Shown here piece by piece: positions 31,612 through 42,068 of a stretch of DNA of 64,000 nt (positions are counted from its first letter, which is position 1; each line of letters opens with the position of its first letter). The stretch is taken from NCBI GenBank assembly GCA_963755715.1, contig CAVWLW010000007.1, positions 9,411 to 73,410 on the forward strand, written 5' to 3'. The stretch comes from an uncultured delta proteobacterium. GTDB taxonomy: Bacteria; Desulfobacterota; Binatia; UBA9968. A program made the position numbers and the translations under genes. The notes beneath the pieces are model-generated. The model was not told where the DNA came from, did no database searches, and was given only the letters and a program-made list of their open reading frames with translations.

Positions 31612-32628
31612 TCAGCGCGGCACAGGAATGCCGTTTGGGTAAATTTGTTTTAACAAACCTTCGCCGGTGATCTGCTTCATAAACTGGTCGTCGATAAACT
31701 CGGTAACAAACTGTTCCGCAGCGCGACCCGAGACTCCTAAGTTTTCTAGAATGGTCTTGGTCCCCTCGGGAGTTGGACGGGGCACCGCTTCCATGTAGCG
31801 GGTATCTGAGTCATAAGCGTGCTGCAAAATCATCGGATCGGAAACCCTGGTATACTTCTGTAAGATTCCCTTAGCTTCGGTGGGGCGCCTTCGGATATAT
31901 GCGATCGCTTCGGTGATGCCCGCGACAAAGCTGCGCATGCGCGCCGGCTGTTTGGTGATGTAAGGACGCATTGCCGCGCTGCAATTCCCCGCATAGGGAA
32001 TGTTCAGATCGCCCAATTCCAGCAAGGGTTTGAAACCCGCCTGGGCGGCCTGCAGATCGTTCGGTGACGTCGCGAAGATGGCCTGCACTCTGCCGTTGAC
32101 CAGTGCCGCAAATGCCGCGCTGGTCGAACCGCTGTAGATGAGAGAAACATCCTGACCGGCTTTCATTCCTTGGCGCGCGAGAAAAAGCCGCGCCGCAAAA
32201 TCGCTGGCCGAACCCGGATTAGCCACCGCCAAGACTTTGCCACGCAGGTCGGCAACTTTTTGGATCGACGGCGTCACCATGATTTTCGACGTGAGCGTGT
32301 GCACCACACAAGAAGTCACCACGACATCGGCGCCACCCAGACGCATCTGCACCAACGGCGGACCGGCAGAAAAATAAATTTGTATGTCGCCGCTAAGCAG
32401 AGCGGGCCGGCCCGCCGCGCGCGGTAAGTAGATCGGTTTGACTTGTAGTCCGTGCTTCTCGAATAGCTTTGCCTCTGCACCCACCCAAAGCGGCAGGATC
32501 GATCCCGACAAGGTACCGTGGCCGGCAAGAAGTATGGGTCGCTCCTGAGCCAAGCCAAGCACTACCCCGTACAGCAGCATGCCCAACACGACACCCGACA
32601 CAATCGGCAAGACACGGTGACATCTCAT
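31612..32628 (-). CDS. NitT/TauT solute-binding protein
   Basis: Signal peptide; LFEKHGLQV, ALLSGDIQ, VADLRGK. Confidence 0.88.
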   Translation of the reverse strand: MRCHRVLPIVSGVVLGMLLYGVVLGLAQERPILLAGHGTLSGSILPLWVGAEAKLFEKHGLQVKPIYLPRAAGRPALLSGDIQIYFSAGPPLVQMRLGGADVVVTSCVVHTLTSKIMVTPSIQKVADLRGKVLAVANPGSASDFAARLFLARQGMKAGQDVSLIYSGSTSAAFAALVNGRVQAIFATSPNDLQAAQAGFKPLLELGDLNIPYAGNCSAAMRPYITKQPARMRSFVAGITEAIAYIRRRPTEAKGILQKYTRVSDPMILQHAYDSDTRYMEAVPRPTPEGTKTILENLGVSGRAAEQFVTEFIDDQFMKQITGEGLLKQIYPNGIPVPR

Positions 32629-32715
32629 CTACAGACCTTCCAAAGGCGCCTGGCTATGTATTATCTCATGGATTGGCCAGCCAAGCCTGCACAATGGACC
32701 TCCGCCGTTCTTAAA

Positions 32716-32770
32716 TTTCTGAAACGCTTTGAACGAAAGCCGCAGCGGTTGAACAATTTGAACGTTTCGT
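32716..32770. repeat. Dispersed degenerate TTGAACG-unit repeat
   Basis: tgaaacgctttgaacgaaagccgcagcggttgaacaatttgaacg. Confidence 0.65.
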
Positions 32771-32807
32771 ACCCGCGCTGGAGGGTCGCACGGAGGCCGC
32801 ATCTCCC

Positions 32808-33689
32808 CTATCCAAGCTCGAATTCCGGGCTCTGGATGTCGCCGCCCCAGATATCGACGGGAGTGCCAACTGGAAAGACGGTCGGCTGATGCGCATCAGC
32901 GAGACGACGGTGACCCCAGCCGAGTTCTACGGCAAATCCACCAGGGGTTTGCACGTATACGTGCACGGTCTGACAATTGATGTGGCGGCCGGGGCCCATG
33001 CCTATCGGCGCCTTGTGGATGCGCAGGAAATGATACGAGCGCATGACGTCATCGAGCGATTCCACTTCGAACATTACATGTTGCAGCCTGGGGGATTTGC
33101 CCGGCATGCATGGCGCGAAAGCCATGCTGTGATGACGCTCGTTGCAGCGCAAGAAGCACAAACGAATGTTCTCGTCGATGTGGACCCAATCACTCAGGCG
33201 AAAGCCCAACACACCAGTGTAGAAATCATGTGAGCGTTGGGTGTCCGCTACCGTGAGCAGCACGTGGCCTAAGCGCAACACACTCAGATCACGAGTGTAG
33301 CGCACCGGATCTTTGTTAACCTCGAAGCCATAGGACAAAGCAAGAGCGTGTCCGTCGGGATCGTTGAATTCAATGAAATCGGTCACGTGCCGTTCGGCAC
33401 ACTCTTTCGGGTGACTGCGGCGCCAATCGATGCCTTCGGCGGTGAGCTTGGCTTCCCACTCGGCAAGCTGTTGACCACCCCCGACATCGAAACCGATGTA
33501 CTGCAGAACCGGTTCCGGAGCCGTATATGCCGCGATGCGATGGGAATACTGATCCGGCCGCAGATAGGTAACTCCCCCGTCCGGCGATCGCCTGACGGAA
33601 AATCCCAGCAGATCACGCGCAAAATCTTCGAATCTTCCGCGATCCGGCACGCCGACGCCGACTTGCATGATATCTTGGATTGTCGTCAC
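32808..33689 (-). CDS. Two-domain VOC extradiol ring-cleavage dioxygenase (BphC/HsaC-like)
   Basis: LGHVLL, FYTGVLGFRLSD, FLRCNERHHS, QHVMFE, PGRH, YVQTPGGFAVELG. Confidence 0.92.
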   Translation of the reverse strand: MTTIQDIMQVGVGVPDRGRFEDFARDLLGFSVRRSPDGGVTYLRPDQYSHRIAAYTAPEPVLQYIGFDVGGGQQLAEWEAKLTAEGIDWRRSHPKECAERHVTDFIEFNDPDGHALALSYGFEVNKDPVRYTRDLSVLRLGHVLLTVADTQRSHDFYTGVLGFRLSDWVHIDENIRLCFLRCNERHHSMAFAPCMPGKSPRLQHVMFEVESLDDVMRSYHFLRIHKAPIGMGPGRHINCQTVHVYVQTPGGFAVELGWGHRRLADAHQPTVFPVGTPVDIWGGDIQSPEFELG

Positions 33690-34246
33690 GATGGACCTTC
33701 CTTCGCGTTTGTCATTGGATCACTCGAACAACCGGAAAGCTATCGTTCGGGGACAATACTGTCAAGAATTTTTAAGAAGCGAACAAGTGGAGGATCAACA
33801 AGGGGGGACAAAAATCTCCCGGGAGGTGTTCGACGGACAAAGCGCAAGAGCCTTAGCTCGAATTCAGGTGAGAAGCGCTCCGGTTGCTCGAGACCTCACA
33901 GAAGCCCATGAACTTTCGAGTTTAAAGTCTCTCCACTTCGCCTCCCCAGCGCTCTGCGGTGAATCCTGTTTTTCCTTTGGTCGCGGCTTTACCGCGATGG
34001 ATCATGACGTGATCGAGCCGCTGCCGAACCGTGTGCGCGGCTGCCGCTCCCCTTGAAAGAAATTAACCAACTTTTAAACATAGCGTCAAATCTCCAGAGC
34101 GATGATTTGCTATCGATGGGAGAAAGTTTATTCTGGATTTATTGTGCCTCGAGACGAACGCCTAGCATGGAGCACGGGCAATCAGGTGCCTACCGTTCGG
34201 TGAACACGATCCTACGAAAAGCACTGATCCCTGAACTCAACGAGCC

Positions 34247-34789
34247 ATGCTGCAAGAGACCATCACTTTGATTCCAGCGATCGCCGGACTTGCGGCTGCC
34301 GCTGGAGGTGTTTGGGCCGCCCGTGCCGCCCATCGATCGGCCGTTACCGCACAGGAGGCAGCCAGACATGCGGAAAAAGTCGATCGTCGTGGACTGCTGA
34401 GAGATCTGAGCACTACCGTTCATCGGGTTGTCGATGAATCTTTACAGATAGGTTCGCTCATCCAGGAATTGAAAACGGAGTACCGAATGCTCGCTACTTC
34501 TTCCGGGCAATCGGGAAGTTCCAGAGAGAAGCTGCTCATCCAACGGGCCGAAGCGAAACAGAAGGAGATATACCCATTGCAGGAAGAAGCATTAAAGCTG
34601 ATCGAAGAGCGGGCGCAACTTCGCGATGCTTCAGAAGAGGACTTGACGCAATCACTGAGCAAGTTCGACGGCTATCTCGTTCAGGTACTGCGGATAAAAG
34701 ATGGCCTTGAAAGAGAAGTCACAGCAGCGGCAGGCGACAACCGAATCCACCGTGAACGCCGCATCAAAGCTATCCATCACAACCGTTAA
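34247..34789 (+). CDS. Hypothetical protein with N-terminal hydrophobic anchor and coiled coil
   Basis: 180-aa ORF; IPAIAGLAAAAGGVWAA followed by E/K/R/L-rich helical sequence. Confidence 0.65.
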   Translation: MLQETITLIPAIAGLAAAAGGVWAARAAHRSAVTAQEAARHAEKVDRRGLLRDLSTTVHRVVDESLQIGSLIQELKTEYRMLATSSGQSGSSREKLLIQRAEAKQKEIYPLQEEALKLIEERAQLRDASEEDLTQSLSKFDGYLVQVLRIKDGLEREVTAAAGDNRIHRERRIKAIHHNR

Positions 34790-34906
34790 GATAATCGCGA
34801 TGCGAATTTTTTATTAAAGACGGTGTTTGCCGCTTCAGACACTCGTGTGTGGCCTTTAGAGAACGTTTCCCCGTCGAATCTGTCCTTGACCGATTGGTCT
34901 TGAGCC

Positions 34907-34971
34907 TTTGAACCAGCTTGATGCTGTAACGCCTTGAACGTAGCGCAGCGCTTGAACGACCAGAACGATTA
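34907..34971. repeat. Dispersed degenerate TTGAACG-unit repeat
   Basis: tttgaaccagcttg...ccttgaacgtagcgcagcgcttgaacgaccagaacg. Confidence 0.6.
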
Positions 34972-35241
34972 GGTATTACTTTTGAACTCTCTGACGGGTT
35001 TCTTTAATGATATGTCCTTGGGCTAGTCGGACCCCGAAACACTGGCTGGCGACATGTTGGGATTGGTTTTCGAAAGCACCCCCAAATACCGCGTTCTTTC
35101 AAGTCGTACATTCGGAAGTAGAGTGAGGTCCCTCCGTAGCTATGGTTAAGCATCGGTTGTTTTTATCAGGCAGCATATGGCGCGGGAAACGAAACTCGAA
35201 ACCGCTCCTTGTGTGCCGTTCCGGCAGTAATAGGTATACCG

Positions 35242-35266
35242 ACTGCTCCCGCGCGGGAGCAGTTTT
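35242..35266. terminator. Hairpin, possible intrinsic terminator
   Basis: actgctccc-gcgc-gggagcagt followed by a short T run, just past the end of phosphatase copy 2. Confidence 0.45.
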
Positions 35267-35277
35267 CCCCACCCGGA

Positions 35278-35773
35278 TCACACCTTTATCCTTTGCGAAG
35301 CGCACCAGGAAAGCATTTCGATCTGCGGCATCGTTTCCACCAAGGACCCAGCCCGCGAGACCGCGCCTTCCGCTTCGATCAACGGTTCGCCCAAGGCAAG
35401 CAGCACAGAGATGGCAAGCATCGCGGTGCGGCCAACACCGCCCGCGCAATGAATCAGGATCGATTCCCCGGACTCCAATCGATTCGCGACATCGTTCGCA
35501 AGCGCCCAGAAGGCATCCCGGTCATCGGGCGCGCTACCTTCAGGTATTTCAAAAGGCAGGACCGAACAGGGAACGGTCCCGGTTTCCAGGGCGTCTGCGT
35601 ATTTAGAGGATTTCTCGCGGATTTCATATTTTTCGTTGAGACATACGATCGCGCCGACCGCATCGCTCCTCAGGTGATGCCAAACCCGCTCAATTGCTTC
35701 AAAGCGGCCCGGCATGCTGTGCAGCAGCAGCCGCCCCGGAACCAGTGTTCGGAAGATCGACACGACGAAACAT
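35278..35773 (-). CDS. Dual-specificity/tyrosine phosphatase-family protein, copy 2 (frameshift near the start)
   Basis: ATG 35773 MFRRVDLP matches copy 1; IHCAGGVGRT; AGGAG RBS. Confidence 0.88.
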
Positions 35774-36013
35774 CCTAATCGCTCCTGTATGCAAGCACCG
35801 CATCGTTGCTCTTCAGAAATCCTATTTGGCCGTTATTTCTCATGGGCGAACACACGCAAGAAAGCACGGAAATCGAAAGATTGTCATGATGGCCAGCCTC
35901 ATCCTGCGTCTCTCAATCGTGAGAAAAGCAAATTAGTCCGCGGTAGCTCAAGGGAAAAATGATCTTAAGGGATGAAGTCCGTAAGTGCGCAGGGCCAATC
36001 GCGGTAGCGCTTT

Positions 36014-36520
36014 TCAGTTTGTACGACGACGGTCGGACCTTTTCAGGTACATACTTATTCCAAAATCGTAAAGATTTTGTAATGTGAAGTTTTCCTCTTT
36101 CTGATCATAGCGAAGCTTTATCGAGTTCATAGACCAGGAGATAGTAAATTCGCGGGCCGCTTTTCGATCCAAGTAACCGCCGAGCACACGCAAAACGAAG
36201 GATAAATCGCGAAGATCCGATGGGCTATTCGAGATCCTTCGTTTCGATTGCTGCTCCATATCCGAGTTGAAAATCTCGACGTTACTAAAATAGATACGAT
36301 TCAGAATTTCTCTTTCTGAATCAGCATGTCCGACAATCTTTCGGGTAATTTTCGCGAAAAAACTCTGTTTCGCTGATAGGTCGCGCGCAGCCCCGCCGTG
36401 CTCCCAAACGATATAATCGTCACCCCACTTCGCCAACTCGAAAGAATCGATACCAAGCGGGATCAGATTCTGACCGATCACTCTAAGAGCTTGTGCGTAT
36501 GAGAGAGTTACGGCTGCCAT
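36014..36520 (-). CDS. Hypothetical protein with an internal duplication
   Basis: LSYAQALRVIGQNL...SFEL versus DLSFVLRVLGGYL...EFTI. Confidence 0.7.
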   Translation of the reverse strand: MAAVTLSYAQALRVIGQNLIPLGIDSFELAKWGDDYIVWEHGGAARDLSAKQSFFAKITRKIVGHADSEREILNRIYFSNVEIFNSDMEQQSKRRISNSPSDLRDLSFVLRVLGGYLDRKAAREFTISWSMNSIKLRYDQKEENFTLQNLYDFGISMYLKRSDRRRTN

Positions 36521-36933
36521 ATCTACAACCGTAGGCCGTACGTTGGTGCATGTTCAAATCTACTATAGCCAGTTTCCACCAGCCCTGTCACCTTGTCAAG
36601 GAATGCGTTACGAGCCGCATGACTAACGCGGCCTGCCTCGTCTCTGCCTACGACTGCGTACGAGTTTATAGAACGATGGGAATCACGACCCCAGCCAGAC
36701 AATTAGTAGTACACCTCGAATGCGAAGTGACCGAACTCTTCCCAATTTCCGGGGGGTCTTTTTAGGTGCGTACCTATCAACGGGGCCAAACGGAAAAGAA
36801 CTAGCAAGAATTGTCATTATGTCACGCTTTCTGCGTCAATTTGACAGGAGTTGACAATCCTGACCAATTTTGATCTTTAGTTCACCTACCGTAAGCTCTC
36901 GTGATTTCATGAAAAGTCCTTGTGCTAACCCTG

Positions 36934-36949
36934 AGGTATCAATATTGCT
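36934..36949 (+). promoter_or_regulatory. Candidate sigma54 promoter
   Basis: aGGtatcaatattGCt (GG-N10-GC, TTGCT) about 40 nt before ATG 36990. Confidence 0.4.
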
Positions 36950-36989
36950 TTGTCGTCCCGCTAAATACGTCACGATTATGGAGGCAGAC

Positions 36990-37328
36990 ATGAAAAAAGT
37001 GAGTCTTTTCAGTCAAGTCGCAGTTATATCTAGTGGCATTTTTTTATTCTTGGCAGTCCTGCTAGGCGTCAGCCACGCGGCCGACGGCGTGCTTGATCTC
37101 ATCGGCAAGGCCACTCCGGGGACATTTCAGCCGAGCCTTCAAATTGATGGGACCGGCGCGAAGCTGTTGATTGAAGCGCTCAGCGGACGCTGGAGCTATG
37201 ACACCGAGCGGCGGGAAAAAAGAACCGTTTGGTATCACGTCGCCAACGCGTTTTCGTTTCTTGTCGCAACGATAGCGCCCATGCCGAGCAACGAACAAAT
37301 CAAGGTGATCTCGAATTACGATCGGTGA
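36990..37328 (+). CDS. Hypothetical secreted protein
   Basis: GGAGG RBS; MKK...FLFLAVLLGVSHAA signal peptide. Confidence 0.6.
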   Translation: MKKVSLFSQVAVISSGIFLFLAVLLGVSHAADGVLDLIGKATPGTFQPSLQIDGTGAKLLIEALSGRWSYDTERREKRTVWYHVANAFSFLVATIAPMPSNEQIKVISNYDR

Positions 37329-37544
37329 CTTTACTTATAGGAGACATTCGAAGCATCCCAACGCCAAAAGGCGATGTGTAGTCGAGCGGTCATTTCATTG
37401 TCGTCTACTGTCAAGACAAGAAGAGCAGAGTACTTAAATTGAAGGAAATGACTTCAAAAGCATTATTTTCTTAACCCATGTAATAATCGAGAAGCTAGTT
37501 GCCGAGAAAATTGTCTTAGTAAAACTGAGAGATAGGGGAAAACC

Positions 37545-38409
37545 ATGAAGAAAGTAACCATATGCACCGTGTTTTTATTACTGATTTGGTCCAGTCGTCT
37601 AATCGCCGCCGAGTACCAATTCAAGACCATCGCCGTGCCCGGCGCAGCGCATACCGCGGTGTTCGGGATTAACGGGCTCGGCGACGTGGTGGGGTGGTTT
37701 TCTGAAGGCACCGGCCCGGTTATCACGCCGCAGGGGTTTTTATACTCGGATAACCAGTATCACGAAATTGGCATAGCCGGGGCGCGGAGCTTTGTGCCTT
37801 CTGGCATTAACCGGGCCGGCTTAATCGTCGGAAGTTTCAGCGGCACAACAGGGCAATATGCTTTCATCATGGACGATCAGCAGACCACGATTCTCGAAGG
37901 CGCAATTCGAGCCGATGAGAATCAACAACAAAAACGTGGTGGTTGGTTATCAGGAAAGCGGCGCGATCAATCAGCTCGCCTATATCTGGCGTGATGGCCA
38001 ATATCGCCAGCCCGTGACGACAAACAGAAGTGCCGGGCATCCTCGGTAGCGCGGCCACTGGGATAAATGGCCGTGGCGAGGTGGTCGGTTATTATTTCTT
38101 TAACACGCCCACGGGCCAGATTGTCCAGGGATTCGTGCGCAGAGCCGGCAATCTTGCGCCGGTTGATTTAATCCCGCTCAGGCATCAACAACGTCGGCCA
38201 GATCGTAGGGCTGTCAGGCGCAGGCAATGACGGCGCGGTCCTTGAGGACGGCATCGTCACGCTAATTAAATACCCAGGGGCGGACTATACCCAAGTCCAC
38301 GGCATCAACAACAAGGGCCATATCGTAGGCTACTACCTCAAGGCAGGGCAATATTACGGGTTTTATCGGCAAGCCGATTGTCAAGGTGGCGAATGGGAAC
38401 AAAAAGTAA
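37545..38409 (+). CDS. Secreted HAF-like repeat (GINxxGxxVG) protein 1, frameshifted
   Basis: Signal peptide; repeats GINGLGDVVG, GINRAGLIVG, RINNKNVVVG, GINGRGEVVG, GINNVGQIVG, GINNKGHIVG across frames; TAA ending at 38409. Confidence 0.8.
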
Positions 38410-38465
38410 GTATAGCATTCGTAATTGAGAGCACTGCCGCCGAAGGCCCATGCCTTCGCTCGCAA

Positions 38466-39485
38466 ATGCCGCCAGAACGTGAATCGAGCCATGTATTGGA
38501 CTGCTGCGCAATGACGTTGCCGGCAGCGGCCGACATCGCATATAAGTTCGAGATCGTGGATATACCGCTCCATATTACGTTTCTTGGTGAGCCGCGTGAT
38601 GACATCGTACGCCTAACAGACATCGATAATAAGGGACGAATGGCCGGAAACGATTTTGCGGGCGACGGATTTTTTGTCGGTGTCAGACATAAGGCACATG
38701 AGATCCGCTGCCCCAGTGATCAAACCGACAACGACAGCACAACGGCCTCCGCTATCAACAATCTAGGGCAAGTGGTGGGTTCCTGCACCGACGGCGGGTT
38801 TATACGCGACCGGAACCGCAAGATCACTATTCTTAATTATCCGGGTGCCGACGGCACCGTAGCGTTGGGTATCAACGATCTCGGCCATGTCGTGGGGCAG
38901 TACTGGGGAAATCTTTTTGGCCAGGGATTGCAGCGGTTTCATGGGTTTGTCTGGAAAAATGGCGAGTACACGACCATCGATGCGCCTTTCCCCGAAGCTA
39001 TGTACACCACACTCTCGGGAATTAATAACGCCGGGCAGATCATCGGAACATACTTGCATCACCGTCCCGGCAGCCCCGACATTAACGAATATGATAGCGA
39101 GGTCGCATTTCTTTATGACAACGGCAGCTTTACCGAGCTGGACTTTCCCGGAGCTCAGATACCGTTTTGCTGCGGCGCGCAGACCTTTCCCATGGACATC
39201 AATAATCTTGGCCAGATTGTCGGATCGACTTACAGTGACGAAGGCAAGCTGCAATTTTTTCTGTTCGATGACGGCACTTATTTTAGGATCGCCGGGTTAC
39301 CGGAAAACGTAATTGGCACGGCTGGGTCGTGGGGTCTAAATGACAAGAGTCAGATTGCTGGAACGTACGTCCAAAACGTGCCATGTGACACTTGCGGCTT
39401 TGGGGGCGAACCCGGCTTTAAGCCGATACTGCATAGTTTTGTCGCCAAACCCACAAAGGCGTCCAAAAAACAGCTGGTGAACTAG
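38466..39485 (+). CDS. HAF-like repeat protein 2 (start uncertain)
   Basis: DIDNKGRMAG, AINNLGQVVG, GINDLGHVVG, GINNAGQIIG, DINNLGQIVG, GLNDKSQIAG. Confidence 0.82.
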   Translation: MPPERESSHVLDCCAMTLPAAADIAYKFEIVDIPLHITFLGEPRDDIVRLTDIDNKGRMAGNDFAGDGFFVGVRHKAHEIRCPSDQTDNDSTTASAINNLGQVVGSCTDGGFIRDRNRKITILNYPGADGTVALGINDLGHVVGQYWGNLFGQGLQRFHGFVWKNGEYTTIDAPFPEAMYTTLSGINNAGQIIGTYLHHRPGSPDINEYDSEVAFLYDNGSFTELDFPGAQIPFCCGAQTFPMDINNLGQIVGSTYSDEGKLQFFLFDDGTYFRIAGLPENVIGTAGSWGLNDKSQIAGTYVQNVPCDTCGFGGEPGFKPILHSFVAKPTKASKKQLVN

Positions 39486-39964
39486 AAACGGGCGAGGGGC
39501 GGATGATTAATTGCACACCATACAAGGAGTGGCCCAGCGGACAGCGAGCGGGAGGTTCATCATCAATGAGCATTGCCCTGACAACTGTTTCGGCATCCGC
39601 GCTGCAAAAACATATCATTAACGCGAACTCATCGCTGGGCATAATTCAGGCGGTACGCACCGACTCATGGCAGAGATGTCTAGCGCGGCCTTTCGTCCGT
39701 TAACGTCTTGAAGGAAGTGAAACGATTGAACGATCGGAACGGGCTTCGGTGCGCCAGATGTGAAACCAGCTTCTTAAAGCCTCATTAGAACTATGAAGCG
39801 ACTACGTTGGATTTTAAAAAAATCAAAACGGAGATGGAGCGCAGTAATCAAACCCCTGGAATGATCCGGTTCTAACCGGTGCCTGTTGCTCAAGCCCTCA
39901 TGCCTATTTTACAAAGCGATGAAACGACTTGAACAGAGTTCAGTATTACGTAAGCTAAGGCCTC

Positions 39965-41803
39965 TTAAGCAATCGCCGACGCAGTCGACTGTGTCAACGG
40001 ATCTCCACCGTTAAGACCGAAGGCTTTGACTATGGCGTCGATCTCCGAACCGTCCAGAACCTCTTTTTCGAGCAACTTCTCGGCCACTTTATGGAGTACA
40101 CGGAGATTCGTCGTTAAGAGGTCCTTAGCCCGCTGGTAGCTCTCCTGGATAATGCGCCTGATCTCAGCGTCGATCTCGATGGCTGTGTTCTTGGAATAGT
40201 CTGATTTCTGGGTAAAATCTCTTCCGAGAAAAATCTCTTCTTCTTTTTTGCCGAAAGTCATGGGCCCTAGCTTTTCGCTCATTCCCCACTCGCATACCAT
40301 CCGGCGCACCAGATCCGTGGCTTTCTCGATATCGTTCCCCGCGCCCGTCGTTACTTGCTCGAGCACGAGCTCTTCGGCCACGCGGCCGCCGAACAGGATG
40401 ACCAAATTATTGAGCAGATATTCTCGCGGATAGTTGTGCATTTCGTCCACGGGCAGTTGCTGCGTCAAACCCAAGGCCATGCCGCGGGGAATGATCGTCA
40501 CTTTGTGGATCGGATCGGCGCCCGGCAGGAGCGTCGCTACCAAGGCATGTCCGGCTTCATGATAGGCCGTATTGCGCTTTTCTTCGTCGCTGATAATCAT
40601 GCTGCGCCGCTCGGCGCCCATCATGACCTTGTCTTTGGCCAGCTCCAAGTCGAGCATCTCGACTTTTTCCTTGTCATTCCGAGCTGCCAACAAAGCCGCT
40701 TCGTTTACGAGATTCTCCAGGTCCGCACCGGTAAACCCGGGGGTGGATCGCGCCAGCACGCTCACGTCCACGTCCGCTGACAACGGCACCTTCCGGCTGT
40801 GCACCTGCAAGATACCTTCGCGCCCTCGGATGTCCGGTCGTGGTACGACAACGTGCCGATCGAACCGCCCTGGACGGAGCAACGCGGGATCCAATACGTC
40901 AGGCCGATTGGTTGCGGCGATAAGAATAACGCCCTCGTTGGACTCGAATCCATCCATTTCCACCAGCAGCTGGTTTAACGTCTGTTCCCGTTCGTCATTG
41001 CCGCCACCGAAGCCGGCGCCGCGGTGACGCCCGACGGCGTCGATTTCGTCGATAAAGATGATGCAAGGCGCCTTCTTTTTGCCCTGAATGAACAGATCGC
41101 GAACACGCGATGCACCGACGCCGACGAACATTTCTACGAAATCGGAACCACTGATGGTGAAAAACGGGACCCCGGCTTCGCCCGCGATGGCACGAGCCAA
41201 CAGGGTCTTGCCGGTTCCCGGCGCCCCCACGAGCAAACACCCTTTTGGAATTCTACCGCCAAGTTTCGTGAATTTTTTCGGATCTTTTAGGAATGCGATG
41301 ATCTCTTGCAGATCATCTTTGGCCTCGTCCACGCCGGCGACGTCGCTAAAGGTTACTCGATGCTGATTCTCCGTAAGCAGTTTTGCCCGGCTCTTGCCAA
41401 AAGACATCGCCTTGCCGCCGCCCACCTGCATCTGGCGCATAAAAAATATCCACACGCCGAGCAGAAGCAGCATGGGAGCCCAGCTAAGCAGTAGCACCAT
41501 GTACCACGGTGAGTCGTCCTCGGGCTTTGCGGCGATTTTCACCTTCTTATCCCGCAATGACTTCACCAGCTCCGGATCATCCGGCTCAAAAGTTTTGAAC
41601 TGTCCACCATTCTTGTAAGTGCCCTGAATATTATGCCCTTGGATCACGACCGCTTGAACGTCGTCGCGCTCCACGGCCGCCATAAATTCGCTGAAAGTAA
41701 TGTCCGGTTCGCGCCGGTATTGTTTGCTAAGAACGCTGAAAAGCCCAAACAAAACGAGCGCGAAGATCAACCCAAGTGCAATATGTTTTGATGATAGCTT
41801 CAA
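39965..41803 (-). CDS. ftsH: ATP-dependent zinc metalloprotease FtsH
   Basis: Two N-terminal TMs, [43 protein letters not shown]. Confidence 0.97.
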   Translation of the reverse strand: MKLSSKHIALGLIFALVLFGLFSVLSKQYRREPDITFSEFMAAVERDDVQAVVIQGHNIQGTYKNGGQFKTFEPDDPELVKSLRDKKVKIAAKPEDDSPWYMVLLLSWAPMLLLLGVWIFFMRQMQVGGGKAMSFGKSRAKLLTENQHRVTFSDVAGVDEAKDDLQEIIAFLKDPKKFTKLGGRIPKGCLLVGAPGTGKTLLARAIAGEAGVPFFTISGSDFVEMFVGVGASRVRDLFIQGKKKAPCIIFIDEIDAVGRHRGAGFGGGNDEREQTLNQLLVEMDGFESNEGVILIAATNRPDVLDPALLRPGRFDRHVVVPRPDIRGREGILQVHSRKVPLSADVDVSVLARSTPGFTGADLENLVNEAALLAARNDKEKVEMLDLELAKDKVMMGAERRSMIISDEEKRNTAYHEAGHALVATLLPGADPIHKVTIIPRGMALGLTQQLPVDEMHNYPREYLLNNLVILFGGRVAEELVLEQVTTGAGNDIEKATDLVRRMVCEWGMSEKLGPMTFGKKEEEIFLGRDFTQKSDYSKNTAIEIDAEIRRIIQESYQRAKDLLTTNLRVLHKVAEKLLEKEVLDGSEIDAIVKAFGLNGGDPLTQSTASAIA

Positions 41804-42068
41804 GAAATTGCTCCGTTCAGGAAAATCCGTTTTGCATCGAACGTGTTGATATTAGCTCTTTCGGGTACAGAAGGATACCTTCGATGAGTTACACGGATCC
41901 TTCTAAACTTTGAGCCAATTGTCCCAGGTGAGACAATCAAACACGCACGAGAATACCGATTGTCGCTACGACGCGGATCGGCTCGCCATACCGAAAAGCC
42001 AACGTCTCAGAACAAGAAACAAAGAGCTGGCCGGACTGCACAGTATCGACACGATTCGATGCGCCCTT

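Noticed and set aside
27200-39500. Prophage or integrative element
   Set aside because: Many small ORFs, but no integrase, terminase, capsid, relaxase, tRNA target or att repeat was seen.
31539-39936. CRISPR array from the TTGAACG tracts
   Set aside because: The units are short and degenerate, are not separated by constant-length spacers, and no cas genes are present.
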